A DNA stretch of 64,000 nt, taken from NCBI RefSeq assembly GCF_030684315.1, contig NC_081359.1, positions 79,090,804 through 79,154,803 on the forward strand, given 5' to 3'. The notes beneath the pieces were generated by a model, which saw only the letters and a program-made list of their open reading frames with translations, did no database searches and was not told the origin of the DNA. This document shows, one piece after another, positions 63,801-64,000 of this stretch. Position 1 is the first letter of the stretch. Each line of letters starts with the position of its first letter. The translations under genes were made by a program, and so were the position numbers. This DNA comes from Stegostoma tigrinum. Its lineage: Eukaryota.

Positions 63801-64000
63801 AAACATCGTAACTCCAGGACATCTCTGCAGGAATTCCTTAAGATACTGTTCTAGATTCAGACATCTTTAGATACTTCACAAATGAACTTCCCTCCATAAC
63901 AAGGTCAGAGTGGGGTGTTCGTGATGAATGCAGAATGTTCAGCATCATTCACAATTCCTCTGATTCTGAAGGAGTCAATGTCCAAATGTATATGACTCGG
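60865..64000 (+). mobile_element. Decayed L2/CR1-group LINE (5' region, endonuclease, RT) split by the Penelope insertion at 62004-63556
   Basis: RPTRGGGIAV, gggtgacttcaatgtccacc (GDFNVH), VREPTKRKNLLNLIL; after the insertion, gcaggaattccttaagatactgttctag (GVPQGSVL-like) and an FADD-like remnant at ~63917. Confidence 0.75.
62004..63556 (+). mobile_element. Older palindromic Penelope-like element with a GIY-YIG remnant
   Basis: Left arm ~62020-62560 is the reverse complement of ~63030-63553. Core has tgcaaccacaagaagtgc (Zn knuckle) and gccagccatttcaac. Perfect 14-bp target duplication atttcatgttccta at 61990-62003 and 63557-63570. Confidence 0.88.

Noticed and set aside
1-64000. CRISPR arrays, operons, rRNA or other prokaryotic systems
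   Set aside because: Spliced vertebrate gene context with no regularly spaced repeat-spacer structure.

Overview
Eukaryotic, AT-rich, repeat-dense genomic DNA, most likely from a shark or other elasmobranch (inferred from HE1/V-SINE-like SINEs and CR1 LINEs). The whole window lies inside one minus-strand gene, the VEGF receptor FLT1/VEGFR1. I read eight consecutive coding exons (orthologous to human exons 3-10, Ig domains 1-5), all with AG/GT splice sites and phases that join into one open frame. Exons 1-2 and 11 onward were not found. The introns hold CR1/L2 LINE relics, tRNA-derived SINEs, an internally deleted Tc1/mariner transposon, a 170-N gap and many Penelope-like (Neptune-type, GIY-YIG) elements. 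The Penelope-like elements are the most striking system. They insert as palindromes with 9-16 bp target-site duplications, carry minimal hammerhead-ribozyme motifs, and shrink to ORF-less ~230-bp hairpins. One has a 106-bp copy of nearby intronic DNA between its arms. Other leads are a stop-stop-AATAAA cassette just after the Ig3 exon (possible short soluble receptor), two inverted CR1 copies sharing inactivating mutations around exons 9-10, altered cysteine patterns, and ETS/SOX/GATA/RBPJ motif clusters. All comparisons with human proteins, exon sizes and repeat families are from memory, not from database searches. Most short ORFs in the supplied track are noise or TE fragments.
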